A stretch of 64,000 bases of DNA from an uncultured Chthonomonadaceae bacterium (GTDB taxonomy: Bacteria; Armatimonadota; Chthonomonadetes; Chthonomonadales; Chthonomonadaceae). Under the pieces are notes generated by a model. That model made no database searches and was not told the DNA's origin. It saw nothing but the letters and a program-made list of their open reading frames with translations. A program made the translations under genes and the position numbers. This document shows positions 37,701 through 48,616 of the stretch, piece after piece; within the stretch, counting starts at the first letter, position 1; the number at the start of each line of letters is the position of its first letter. The stretch lies in contig CAWIEK010000063.1 in the NCBI GenBank assembly GCA_963835065.1, positions 96,001-160,000 on the forward strand, in the 5' to 3' direction.

Positions 37701-40391
37701 CTACTTATCGCGTTCGGTTCCGCTGTTGAGGGCAGCCTGGGCAGCGGCCAGTCGGGCAATGGGAACGCGGAAGGGAGAGCAGGACACGTAGTTGAGGCCG
37801 ATCTTGTGGCAGAACTTCACGCTTTCCGGTTCGCCGCCATGCTCGCCGCAGATGCCCAACTTGATGTCGGGACGCACCTGCTTGGCGCTTGCCACCGCCA
37901 TCTGCATCAGTTTGCCCACGCCGGCTTGATCTACGGTGTCGAAGGGATCAGCGGCCAGGATTTTCTGCTCGATGTAGGGCACGAGGAACTTGCCCGCATC
38001 ATCACGGCTGAACCCAAACGTCATCTGCGTCAGGTCGTTGGTTCCGAACGAGAAGAAGGCCGCGTTGCCATTAGCCGGGTCTGCCAACTGATCGGCGACG
38101 AGGCAGGCGCGCGGGATTTCGATCATCGTGCCGAACATGTAGTCGAGTTCGACGCCCGCGTTGGCGATTACGTCGTTGGCGACCCGCTCCAGATTGCCAC
38201 GCACGGACTTGAGTTCGTTGACGTGGCCGACGAGCGGGATCATGATTTCGGGGTGAACGTCCTTGCCCCGCTTCTTCACGGCTGCCGCGCCCTGCAAAAT
38301 GGCGCGTACCTGCATTTCGACGATGCCGGGGAACACAATGGAAAGACGGCAGCCGCGCAGTCCCATCATTGGGTTTGCTTCGCGCATTCCCTCGACGGCT
38401 TGCAGCAGGGCTTCCTTCTTGTGCAGTTCCTCGCTGTCGCCCTTTGCCCGCAGTTCCGTCACCTGTACGAGCAGTTCGTCGTGGGAGGGCAGGAACTCGT
38501 GCAGGGGCGGGTCAATCAGGCGGATGGTGACGGGCTTGCCGTCCATGACCTCGAAGATGCCCTCGAAGTCCTTCTGTTGTATGGGCAGCAGCCGATCCAA
38601 GGCGTTTTTGCGGACGGCTTCATCCGTCGCCAGAATCATTTCCTGCACGATGGGCAGGCGATCCTGCTCGAAGAACATGTGTTCGGTGCGGCACAGGCCG
38701 ATGCCTTCCGCGCCCAGATCAAGCGCCTGCTGCGCGTCGCGGGGGTTGTCGGCATTGGTGCGGACGCCCATTTTACGGAAGCTGTCGGCCCATACCATCA
38801 GTTCGCTGAACGCGCCGGACACTTCGGGCGCGATCAGTTTCAGCGCGCCCACATAAACCGCGCCGCTGGAACCGTCCATCGTAATCGTGTCACCCTCGCG
38901 CACAACCACGTCGCCAACGGTCATGGTTTTAGCTTCGGCGCTCACTTTCAGGCTTTCCGCGCCCGCTACGCAGGGGATACCGAAGCCGCGCGCCACAACT
39001 GCGGCGTGACTGGTTTTGCCGCCCCGGGCGGTGAGGACGCCCTGCGCCGCGAGCATACCATGAACATCGTCGGGGTTGGTTTCGTCGCGGACGAGAATCA
39101 CTTTGCCGCCCGCGCCGCCGTGTACGCCCTGCAAAGCGGCGGTGTCGGCGTCAAAAACCGCTTTGCCGACGGCAGCGCCGGGAGAAGCCGCAAGCCCGGT
39201 CGCAATCTTTTTCGCGCTGTCGAGTACGGCGGGGTCAATGCGCGGGTGCAGCAGTTGGTCTACGTGCGAACCCGTGACGCGATTGACGGCCTCTTCTTTG
39301 GAAATCAAGCCCTCATGCACCATGTCAACCGCGATACGCACGGCAGCCGGCCCCGTGCGCTTGCCGGAACGACACTGGAGCATGAACAGTTTGTTGTGTT
39401 CAATGGTGAACTCAATGTCCTGCATGTCCTTGTAGTGGTCTTCCAGACGGTCGCAGGTTTCGATAAACTGCTTGTAAATTTGCGGGTTCTGCTGCTCCAA
39501 GTGGGAAATCGGAACCGGGGTGCGGACGCCGGCAACCACATCCTCGCCCTGCGCGTTCATCAGGTACTCGCCGAAAATGGCCTTTTCACCGGTAGAGGGG
39601 TCGCGGGTAAACGCAACGCCCGTGCCGCAATCGTCGCCCGCGTTGCCGTACACCATAGACTGGATGTTGACGGCTGTGCCGATGTCATCGGGGATTTTTT
39701 CGGTGCGGCGGTACACAATGGCGCGATCCGTATTCCAGGAACGGAACACGGCCTCAACCGCCAATTGCAGCTGCTCGTAAGGATCGGTGGGGAATTCGCG
39801 GCCCGCGTGTTCGCGGACATGGGCGAGGAACAGTTCCGAAACCTGCCGCAGGTCGTCGGCGTTGAGTTCGAGGTCGTCCGTGACGCCCTTCTTTTCTTTG
39901 TATTCCTTGAAGATGTGGTTGTCGAAATCGTGCTTGGACAGGCCGAACGCCACATCCGAAAGCATCATAATGAAGCGACGGTAGGCGTCGTAGACAAAGC
40001 GGGGGTTGTCGGTTTCTTTGATCAGGGCGTCAATTGTGGTGGGATTGAGGCCGAGATTAAGCACGGTGTCCATCATGCCGGGCATGGAAAACTTCGCGCC
40101 GGAGCGCACGGACACGAGCAGGGGTTTCGCGTCGCCGCCGAACTCGCGCTCCATTTGCTTTTCTACGGCGCGGATAGCCTCTTTGACGGCGGGCATCAGG
40201 TCGGCGGGAACCTGCTTGCCATTGGCGTAGTAGGCGTTGCAGGTGTCGGTGGTGATGGTGAAGCCGGGGGGTACGGGCAGGCCGATGTTGGTCATTTCGG
40301 CGAGGTTGGCGCCTTTGCCACCCAGCAGGTCGCGCATGGATTTGTCGCCCTCTGCAAACAGATAGACGCGCTTCGTTGCCACTGCGGTCAT
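37701..40391 (-). CDS. ppdK: Pyruvate, phosphate dikinase
   Basis: [66 protein letters not shown]. Confidence 0.98.
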   Translation of the reverse strand: MTAVATKRVYLFAEGDKSMRDLLGGKGANLAEMTNIGLPVPPGFTITTDTCNAYYANGKQVPADLMPAVKEAIRAVEKQMEREFGGDAKPLLVSVRSGAKFSMPGMMDTVLNLGLNPTTIDALIKETDNPRFVYDAYRRFIMMLSDVAFGLSKHDFDNHIFKEYKEKKGVTDDLELNADDLRQVSELFLAHVREHAGREFPTDPYEQLQLAVEAVFRSWNTDRAIVYRRTEKIPDDIGTAVNIQSMVYGNAGDDCGTGVAFTRDPSTGEKAIFGEYLMNAQGEDVVAGVRTPVPISHLEQQNPQIYKQFIETCDRLEDHYKDMQDIEFTIEHNKLFMLQCRSGKRTGPAAVRIAVDMVHEGLISKEEAVNRVTGSHVDQLLHPRIDPAVLDSAKKIATGLAASPGAAVGKAVFDADTAALQGVHGGAGGKVILVRDETNPDDVHGMLAAQGVLTARGGKTSHAAVVARGFGIPCVAGAESLKVSAEAKTMTVGDVVVREGDTITMDGSSGAVYVGALKLIAPEVSGAFSELMVWADSFRKMGVRTNADNPRDAQQALDLGAEGIGLCRTEHMFFEQDRLPIVQEMILATDEAVRKNALDRLLPIQQKDFEGIFEVMDGKPVTIRLIDPPLHEFLPSHDELLVQVTELRAKGDSEELHKKEALLQAVEGMREANPMMGLRGCRLSIVFPGIVEMQVRAILQGAAAVKKRGKDVHPEIMIPLVGHVNELKSVRGNLERVANDVIANAGVELDYMFGTMIEIPRACLVADQLADPANGNAAFFSFGTNDLTQMTFGFSRDDAGKFLVPYIEQKILAADPFDTVDQAGVGKLMQMAVASAKQVRPDIKLGICGEHGGEPESVKFCHKIGLNYVSCSPFRVPIARLAAAQAALNSGTERDK

Positions 40392-40489
40392 ATAGGTAAG
40401 GTCTCCTTCTTCGGGTTCAATACTTGGGATGCGTCTGTTATTGTACCAGAAAACGGCGGGAAGGGGTTACTGCGCGGCCAGGAAGGGAT

Positions 40490-40617
40490 TCACCACAGAG
40501 GCACAGAGGGGGCACAGAGGAAGACAAGGAGAAAAGGAGAAGAGGAGAAGAGGAGAGGGGAACCGCGAAAGACACCAAATAAACGAAAAAGACGAAAACA
40601 AAGTAGACAGGATGAAT
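40490..40617. repeat. Modular purine-rich repeat, related to one arm of the 52848-53133 palindrome
   Basis: ACCACAGAGGCACAGAG..CACAGAG, AACCGCGAAA.ACAC.AAATAAACGAAA, GACAGGAT. Confidence 0.65.
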
Positions 40618-40660
40618 GGAGGCTGTTGGGAAACAGGATATTGGTTCGCGCCAACCGGGT

Positions 40661-41020
40661 TCATTTTGCCGCGCCCTGCAACAGAGCGGCGGCGCGTTGT
40701 CCTGCGGCGCGTACTTCGGCGTGGACAAGCCGCTCTATTTCCGCCTGCAATTCGGCGGGAACTTCCTGGTTGGCGTCCTGCGCTTCGCGCCATTGCGTCC
40801 TCAGTTCTTCGCGCCGTTGCTGTTCGGCAGTAAAGAAACGATCCGGGCGCTGCTTTTGCATCACGATAAGGGTAGCGGCGTTATCATCGTCTTCCAATTG
40901 CGGCGTCAGGGCGTCCAGAGCCTCCCCCATCGTGTTGCCTGATGCCTGCTTGTTGCCGGCGACAGCGTGATACGCTGTTTCAGACGCGCTATCGGTTACG
41001 GGTACAACAGCAATGACCAT
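40661..41020 (-). CDS. Hypothetical antitoxin-like protein
   Basis: GGAG RBS; G.T.GEALDAL..QL, PDRFFTAEQQ, E.ERLV.AE. Confidence 0.65.
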   Translation of the reverse strand: MVIAVVPVTDSASETAYHAVAGNKQASGNTMGEALDALTPQLEDDDNAATLIVMQKQRPDRFFTAEQQRREELRTQWREAQDANQEVPAELQAEIERLVHAEVRAAGQRAAALLQGAAK

Positions 41021-41056
41021 ACATTTCTCCCTTGTTCGCTAGAGGTAGCAACATAC

Positions 41057-41871
41057 TTAAACAACCCACTTATTCTTGAGGGCGTTCTGCCCTATTTTGC
41101 TTGCAGCAGCTATGATCTTTGAACGATTCCGAGCCAGCCACGCTTCTAATTCTAAAAAGAGTTCGGCAGAAGGGAATTGGTTGATAATCTTCTCATAACC
41201 GCACATGCTTAAATTAACACTTATAAAAGCAGTTAAGCAAACAGCGCCCGTCAGCAGTCCCGGTGTCATCTCCTCCGAGAAGTGGTCAAATGTGTAACGG
41301 AATATCCTAATGTATACATCATGTTCGTACCCTTCTATTCCGATAAGGTAGGCGTATAAACCCTCCGTTCCCTGCTGAACTTGCTGTAAGACAATTGTTC
41401 TTCTAAGCCTAAAATAATCAAGCACATGAAATAGGCGGCGTATGCCATTCTGACAATAGGCTGCGAACCAGCATCATACGCTTCAATGTAGTTTGCAAGC
41501 GGCTCTGCTTGCAGCAATTTGCGCATTACTACGATTAGTTGAGTATCAAATGGCGTAGTGCCGGTGAATTCGTCGCCGCAAGAAACCTCGCCTCCCGCGC
41601 TACGCTTCATTTCTACGACGTAATCTCCACGCCTGAAACTTTCCCAAGACAAACTGTGCTGTTGCATCCCTTCTTCCATCAAATCTATAAGCCAGTGAGC
41701 AAACACTACATTTTCGGACGCAGCATATCTTGTCGCTTCCATGATTACCAGTGTTTCCTCGCGGTCAAGCCGGCTTGCTTCTGGTGTTTCCCTTCCTGTA
41801 TCGTGTTTTCGGTAAATTCTCTGCATGATGGTTTGCAGGTAATCATCGTTGCTCATGCTTGTAACCTTCAC
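41057..41871 (-). CDS. AT-rich hypothetical gene(s); two overlapping ORFs, possibly one frameshifted gene
   Basis: ORFs 41335-41871 and 41057-41425. Confidence 0.5.
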
Positions 41872-41901
41872 GATGTTGTGTCCGCACAGGGGGCTGCGAC
41901 T

Positions 41902-42240
41902 TTACACAAGATAAACGGCAACGCACAAGGCTTGCTCCACCTGATTTAGTGTAGCATCGGATACCTGTCCCATGCGTCGAACAAGCCTTGTCTTATCTAT
42001 GGCGCGGGCTTGATGGTAGAGAGCAACAGAGTCGCCGGTCAAGCCGCCTTCGCCTACCGCAACCTCTACACAGAAAGGATAGCCCGCCCAATTCAGATTG
42101 GACGTAAAAGGAACCACAACCGCAGTGCGCAAAAAGACGTTGAATGAATCGGCTTGCAGCACGAGAACGGGGCGCGTTCCCGCTTGCTCGGAACCTCGTG
42201 TCGGGTCCAGCGAGGCCATCCACAGTTCGCCGCGCTTCAT
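41902..42240 (-). CDS. MazF/PemK family toxin
   Basis: MKRGELWMASLDPTRGSEQAGTRPVLVLQ, VVVPFTS, Q.RAIDKTRL..RMG. Confidence 0.93.
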   Translation of the reverse strand: MKRGELWMASLDPTRGSEQAGTRPVLVLQADSFNVFLRTAVVVPFTSNLNWAGYPFCVEVAVGEGGLTGDSVALYHQARAIDKTRLVRRMGQVSDATLNQVEQALCVAVYLV

Positions 42241-42345
42241 GCTTTGTCCGCCTCTTGAAGTTGCTAATTGTAACCGTCCATGCCTGCTTCTGCCAGAGCC
42301 ACATCTTCATCAGCAAGTTGGCTGTACAGGTTGGGCGGCAAGTTC
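42237..42345 (-). pseudogene. 3' remnant of an antitoxin-like gene coupled to the toxin
   Basis: LYSQLADEDVALAEAGMDGYN*QLQEADKA* with ATGA overlap; internal stop; no start. Confidence 0.6.
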
Positions 42346-42395
42346 CCGCTGGACGATGTTTGCCTCACGCCGCAGAATACGTAATGCCTCACCAA

Positions 42396-42435
42396 AAGCC
42401 ATGCCCATGAGCAAAAAGGCTCATGGGCATGGCTT
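42396..42435. repeat. Perfect 17-bp inverted repeat (REP-like)
   Basis: AAGCCATGCCCATGAGC..GCTCATGGGCATGGCTT; nearby direct repeat TTCGCGCCGCCACACA. Confidence 0.75.
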
Positions 42436-42513
42436 CGCGCCGCCACACACAGTGGGGCGTTACTTTGTTCAGATTGGCGCTGCCGACATCGTTCGCGCCG
42501 CCACACAGAGGGA

Positions 42514-45500
42514 TTATTTTTCCAGCGTGATGGCGGCGATTTTCAGGTCGGGCGCGTTGGGCAATTGTAAAGCGACAAGGTTGCGCGGCTCCTTGATCTT
42601 GATGGTGTAGTGGAACAGGGCCACCGCGCTGTTTTGTACCCCTTTGGGCGTGGCATACCGGCGCGACAGGAACGCGATCTCCTCGCCATGATGGGGCGGC
42701 TGATCCCAGCGCCCCGCAGCAAAGGTGTACAAATCCTCCGACTGGCTGGTCGGCTCCTGAAAAATCAGTTTCAGGCTGGCCGTCACGTCCTTGCCGGTGC
42801 AGGCGGCGAGGATGTGCAGGACGCGAACCGTGCCATTCGTTTTGCCCAGTTCCACGCGCTGACCCTTACAGGCGATGAAGTTCTTGTTTTTGCCGTCCTT
42901 GTCGCCCCACCGGAAGCTGATGCGCCGCGACGAGTCCGGCCCGGTCTTTTCGGAAAACAGCCACACGCCGCTGGACACAACCGGGCCTGTCGCATACGGC
43001 GGCAGCAGGGACGCGGGAAAGGCGTTGCCCTGCCCGTCAAAGTCGCCGTCGCCCGCGTGTTCCTCGTCCGTGATGCCGTCGAGATTGAACGCTTTGCTCA
43101 GGTCTACGAAGTTCAAGCGGCCATTGCGCACCTGAATCGTGTGTACCACTTCGTCGGCGGGATGCGTGGCGGCAAGCGTGGATGCCCACGTATCCCCGAC
43201 CTTGACATCCCAAACCAGCGTGTACGTGCCATCGTAGGGCGGCGGAGTCAGCCATGCCAGCACGTCACCCGTTGTCTGTCCGGGCGCAACGTCCTGTGAA
43301 ATGGGCGTGGTTTCATCCTCCCAGCTGTATTCGGCTCCGTCCTGATAGTACCAGTGGTAGCCGATGCGAACCTGGTCTTTCTTCCAGATTTGCGGGCCGT
43401 TGTTCAGCACGGTCAGGCGCACGGGCTGGCGGCGCTCGGCGGGCAGGGAGGGAAGGGTAGAATCGGACACGAACCGCGCCCCGAAATCCAAATCCACGAT
43501 GCTGACAGGCGTGGAGTGGGTTTTCGCGTTCCCACGCTGGTGTCTCCGTTTTCGCCCTGCGCCACTTCCCAATGTCCCGCGTAGGTCCACGTTTTCTTCC
43601 GGCGTCCAGACAGGCAGAGGTTTGCCGTCTGCATCCATAGCCGGGAATGGTGACGCGGGCCGTGACAGTTTGACCGGCGCAGACGTCACTTGGTCAGTTC
43701 CATCGTGGCGTCGGCAAGGGAAGACGGGCGTTTCAATCGCCGATCCTCAGGTGATTGTGGGCGAGGCGATGCGGGTCAGGCGGAAAGTGACACGCGCTCC
43801 TGCTGCTTTGCTCCACGTTACTCGCGCCATCATTGCGCAGAGTGGCCGTCGCCGCGTACACGCTTCCGGCTTCCATAAACGCGGGCACGTCAGCGCGTAC
43901 CAGGGTCGCGGCGAAGTCAGGCAGGCGTTTGTCGCCCGCCGCCGCAATCGTTATGGGAATTTGCAGCGCGGCTCCTGGATCGGTTCCGATATTCACTCCC
44001 TGCGCGCCTTTTTTGGCTTCATCGGCAAGCCGGATTTCCAGGGTGTAGTCGCCGGGCGCAAGCGGGCTGCCGTTTGCGGACGCGGCAACGCTCAAAGCGC
44101 TGTTGACGTTTTGTGTGGGCAGGGTTAAGGTCGCCAGAATTGCGCTCGCGCCCGCGCCAACCGGCGTACCGCTGCGCAGCCAGCGATAGGTGAACTGCAC
44201 GGGCGGATTGCCCGGAACGAGCGGCCCGCCCCAGGGTTCCACTCCCGTATTCTGCGCCCGCGCTTCTATGCTATAGGTTTGTCCGGCCAGCATGGTTTGG
44301 GGCGCGTTGTGAGACAGGAATTTTACGCTGCGCTTTGTCAGGCCGAGATACTGGCGCGCGTATTCGCGGGTGATGTCCGCCGTGCTGTACCCGGCTTCCA
44401 GCGTGGGCGCGATTTCCGCTCCAACGTCGTAATCGTTCCAGCCGTCGAGCAGTATCCAATCGGGGTTTTGCTTCAGCGCGGCCTTCCAGTTCTGGCGATA
44501 CGTGTCGCCGCTGTGGCGCGGCAAATAAGGCGCGTCGGGCGCGGTTTCCCCCGGCGCGTTTTCGCCCTGTGTGCCGTCGTAGCCCGCCCCGATACTGCCC
44601 GTTTTGATCCAGCCGCTGTTTTCAAACTGAAAACCCTTGTCGCGGGTGTCGGTAAAGTAGCCGTCCAGACCGGCTTTGCCTTTGAAGTCGCTGCCGCCCA
44701 AAACGAGCAAATCCGCGCCGTTAAAATCCTGTGCGAACCGCGTTCGCAGCGCATGAACGAATTGCCCGTCCATGTCCTTCCAGGCCGCCGCCGAGGACAG
44801 AAAGACAGGATACGCGACCCGCCCGCCACTTGCGGCTTGCAGCGTCACCTGCGCGCGAAACGCAGCCGGTATCTGGCGGTAAAAGTCGCGTACCATACCG
44901 TACAAAGCGGCCTGCGCCCCGGCTTCCTTCAAATCGGCCTGCGCGCCAAGCGCATCATTAAGGCTTGTGGTATCCAGGTACAAACCGACCTGCGGATAAT
45001 CCTGCCCGGTTTGCGCCAGCGATTGCAGGGCGCTTGCCATCACGCGCAGTCCCTTGTCGGCGTACAATCTACGGGCAGCCGCATCGCCCCGATATTCCGG
45101 CAGAACCACGTCAATGCCCGACCTCCGCATTTCGCGCAGTTGGTTGCGATGCCAGTCGGCCCGGTCATAACTGAGCCAGGGACCGACGCCTTCCAGGGGA
45201 TGATGGGCCAGGGCCGTGCTGCCGTTGGCGCGAACCACGCCGACAAGCGGCGCGGCCTTGCGCGGGTCGCCCTGATAGCGGTACGCATACCGCGCCATGA
45301 CCAGATGGGCAAGGGCTTGCGGCTTGTGTTCGGGCAGGTCCGGGACAGGGGGAGTGACGGCGCTTGCGGCAAGCATTTGGGGTGAAAATCGGGCGGGCGT
45401 GGCGGCAAACACGGGGCGGGCGCGGGCATCCAGAGTGCGCTGAAGCGAAAAATCTCCGCCTACTTCGTTGCTGCTGCCAAACTCAAACCTTGCCTGATTG

Positions 45501-46325
45501 TTCCACTCGCCCGCCAGCACGTCGCCGTCAATGTTGGGTTTGTTGGACGTGACGCGGGGGCTGAACAGCAGGCCGGGGCGCGAAGGCAGGGAGGAATTGT
45601 GCAGTTGGATTTCGTCCCACAGGCCGGGATTGTCCACATCCGCAGGCGCTTTCACCCGCGCGGACAGGCTTTGCACAGCGGGACTGCTCGGCACGATGCT
45701 TTGCGCCACAACGTTGAAGCCCATACGGGTTTCCGCGCTCGGCCTGCCGCCCAGATCCGCCCAGGGAATTGCGGCCTCAACCGTATAGCCCAATGCCGTG
45801 CCGCCGCTCGCCCGCCCCGCGCCTTTGGGCGTGACGACAAACTTGATGACACGCGAAAACAGAGCCGCCCGCGCCGCTTCCTGCTGCGGCTGCGTCAGGG
45901 ATTTGTCCGCGCCCAAGTCGGTAATTCGCTTCTGAATGTCCCCGATGCCGTTAAACAACGGGGTTTTCGTCGCGCCCGTATACAACTGCGCGCCGCCCGC
46001 CGCGCTTGCCACCAGGAACACGGTATGCGGGTTGGGCCTGGTTCCCTGATGGTCGTTGTCGGTTTGCAGGCTGACGATAACGGCGTCGTCTTCCAGGGGG
46101 TTAGAAAAAGGCGTGGCGTTTTTGCCGCTCGTGACCGGCTTGTTGACCTGAACCGCCACGTAGAAAAAGTCATCGTCCCAGGCGGTATAGCCCGCGATGT
46201 GATTGGCCGACTCAGTGGCAGTGGCGCGCGCCCCATTGGCCGGGGGCGCGGGCGTTTGTGCCCGGAGGGGAACCGCTATCGGCAGCAGCAGCGCCGCCGC
46301 AAGCGTCAGGGCTTGTTTACCCATG
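42514..46325 (-). CDS. Large secreted glycoside-hydrolase-like protein (CBM9-like, TIM-barrel-like and Ig-like domains), frameshifted near 43550-43820
   Basis: Signal peptide; WDDDFFYVAV and YTVEAAIPW; WILLDGWNDY..GAEI; repeated N.G...W / Y.W / PG.YTL Ig motifs. Confidence 0.6.
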
Positions 46326-46521
46326 AGAGCGCTCTCCTTACAAAAACGCCCGCGCAGTCGGAAGTTCCCGAAGCCCTTCGTATATGGCAACGGAAAGTAT
46401 CCACAGCGCACAGGCGCATGTTGTCTCATCTATTACAGGAATACGTGTCGTGTCTTACGTCTATTAAGAATACGTACAAGGCCGCCGAATGTGAACATTT
46501 TCGTCGGCTTAAAGATGGCGG

Positions 46522-46550
46522 ATAGTAGCACACATTCGCCGGGTTGTCAA
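46522..46550 (-). promoter_or_regulatory. sigma70-type promoter
   Basis: TTGACA-17 bp-TACTAT. Confidence 0.6.
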
Positions 46551-46665
46551 GGAAGCGTTTAGAAGCAGCAGGGCCGGCGCATCTTAACTGCGGCAAGCGT
46601 TGACATAACCCCGATAATTTAGGCAAGTGGGCATGTTCGTGCCAATGGCGTACAACTCGCTTCCC

Positions 46666-47424
46666 TTAAAAAGAGATCGGTTCGTAGGGGAGGGCCAGGC
46701 GCATGGACGAGGCGACAAGCTGCTGCTGCCAGTCCGCTTGTTCCCGCTTTTCGCGGATGTCGTCGTCGTAATGCACCAGGTACATGCGTTCGCGGAACTC
46801 GGCGGGGTATTCGCGTAACTGCTCGAAATGCGAATGAACCGTGTTGGCAAACAGGGGCTTGAAGGTGCAGTCGTGGAACACGCAGGCCGTGTCTTCAAAG
46901 AACCAGGGATCGGCGACGGCCAGCGTGTCGCAGGTGAAGCCGACAGACACGCGGCCTTCGGTAAGTTTCAGGCCGTAGGAAACCGCGTTGGGCACATGGG
47001 GAACCGGATGAATGTCCAGCGTCAGTTCTTCCCATTGATGCGGGACACCGACGCGCAGGGGAACCACGTCGAAATAATCCTTGAGTTCGCAGGAACAATC
47101 GCACACTTGCCCCATTGTGCCCGACAGCACATTGTTCCACAACCGGTCGGGCAGCGTTTCCGGGATGAACATGGTGGGGCGAATCTGCCATTGCAGCATG
47201 TTCCGAAAGCCCCACTCTTCCAGCCCATAGATATGGTCGCCGTGCAGGTGGCTGATGAAAACCGCGTCCAGGTCGCGCAGCGATAACTGCATGGCTTGCA
47301 GGCGTCCGGGAACCGTATGCCCGCAGTCAATCAGCAGGCGCTTGCCCCCGCTTTCCACAACCGCCGAAGAATTGCCCCAGTGCGTGGACCAGGCCGAACC
47401 GGTTCCGTTCCAGGTGATGTTCAT
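46666..47424 (-). CDS. MBL-fold metallohydrolase (RNase Z/PhnP-like)
   Basis: GTGSAW, LLIDCG, SHLHGDH, HDC, VHS, LVHY. Confidence 0.88.
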   Translation of the reverse strand: MNITWNGTGSAWSTHWGNSSAVVESGGKRLLIDCGHTVPGRLQAMQLSLRDLDAVFISHLHGDHIYGLEEWGFRNMLQWQIRPTMFIPETLPDRLWNNVLSGTMGQVCDCSCELKDYFDVVPLRVGVPHQWEELTLDIHPVPHVPNAVSYGLKLTEGRVSVGFTCDTLAVADPWFFEDTACVFHDCTFKPLFANTVHSHFEQLREYPAEFRERMYLVHYDDDIREKREQADWQQQLVASSMRLALPYEPISF

Positions 47425-47639
47425 GGCAAATCCTCCATGCGCGGCGCGTGATTGATTTTCAATGCGCAGAGCGCGTCAATTCTCCGGGTGCAAAGCGCAA
47501 AGCGCGGTGCCGCAGGCAAGCCCCGTGTAAAAATAAAATCGGCACAGGTATCTTACGCTTGTACATAACATTGTACACGAAAAGATACCTGTGCCGAATC
47601 ATTACGCCGGAAATATCAGCGCAAATAGTAATGCAAGCG

Positions 47640-48329
47640 TTATTTTTCCGTGCCGAACGCTTCCGCGCGGTCCCGTTTGGTCAGCGAATGGACCAGTTCC
47701 GCCGCCTGGCTTGCCGGCGTGGCGGAAGAGGTTGGCATGGCGGGCGTTTCCTGCATCGTCGTTGCGGGCGCTGCTGTGGCGGTTTCCGGCGTTCGCAGGC
47801 TGGGGTTCAGGCTGGCCGCGCTGCGGTACGTGCCCAGGCACTTGTCGGCGAGCGGGAAGAACACGTTCAGGTTTTGCAGCATGTACTTGTGGTGGATGCG
47901 GTGATGCTCCTTGACAAAGCGGTACACGCGCAGTTTTTCAAACCAGCGTCCATCGGGAACGTGCATGCAATAGTGGAAATACTCGTAGACGGTGTAGTAC
48001 GCGACCACGGAAGCCACGCCGCCCCACAAACTTTGCCAGCCGGTGAAATGCTGAATCAGCCAGAAGATGGGCAGGTGAAACGCGACGAACAGGGGAAGGG
48101 CAAACCAGTCCATCGCGATATGGTCTTTTTCCTGGCCTTCCTGCCACTCATACGAGGAGGGTTCAAACTTGTAGCGCTGATGATGCACGACGGTATGCGC
48201 GTTAAAGGTCTGTTTGATGAACTTCGGGGAGTGAAACAGATGTTTGTGAAACGCCCACTCGAAAAAGCTTTCGTACAGGAAGTAAACAACGAACGCGGCC
48301 AATTCCTGGCCGATGAGATTCCATGTCAT
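47640..48329 (-). CDS. Sterol desaturase / fatty-acid hydroxylase family protein
   Basis: His boxes EWAFHKHLFH, HTVVHH, YEYFHYCMH, HHRIHH. Confidence 0.85.
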   Translation of the reverse strand: MTWNLIGQELAAFVVYFLYESFFEWAFHKHLFHSPKFIKQTFNAHTVVHHQRYKFEPSSYEWQEGQEKDHIAMDWFALPLFVAFHLPIFWLIQHFTGWQSLWGGVASVVAYYTVYEYFHYCMHVPDGRWFEKLRVYRFVKEHHRIHHKYMLQNLNVFFPLADKCLGTYRSAASLNPSLRTPETATAAPATTMQETPAMPTSSATPASQAAELVHSLTKRDRAEAFGTEK

Positions 48330-48480
48330 ATCGAACAGTTTCCCTTCTCACTTCTGCGGCTTTGCGCCCCCGGCAAACGCAATTCAGCATTTCCTGACCA
48401 ACTCGCGGCAACATGCCAAAGTATATAGCGCACCAACCACTACGAACTAATCACCACTAAGGTTTCAGCGCTTTAACATA

Positions 48481-48611
48481 GAAAAACGGCCTGGCACTTG
48501 CGTGTCAGAGGCCGTTCCGTGGAAAACTTACCGGAGACAACCATAGCGCCAGTTGAACGAACAGCGGCAGGCGATTCATTTTGCCCCGCCACCTTCCCAA
48601 ACAACGTGATT
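48481..48611 (-). ncRNA. Candidate small RNA or attenuator leader
   Basis: Near-consensus promoter upstream, internal hairpin GCGGGGC..GCCTGCCGC, terminator AACGGCCT..AGGCCGTTTTT. Confidence 0.5.
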
Positions 48612-48616
48612 GAGGA

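Noticed and set aside
32133..38041. ppdK repeats as a simple assembly duplication
   Set aside because: Copies differ by synonymous changes, tails and downstream flanks; a strain chimera still needs read-level exclusion
37806..40970. 1054-aa ORF on the + strand
   Set aside because: Antisense shadow of ppdK caused by GC-rich codon bias; no recognisable motifs
30864..42510. Prophage, IS or integron
   Set aside because: No integrase, transposase or phage structural gene, and no attC-like sites recognised
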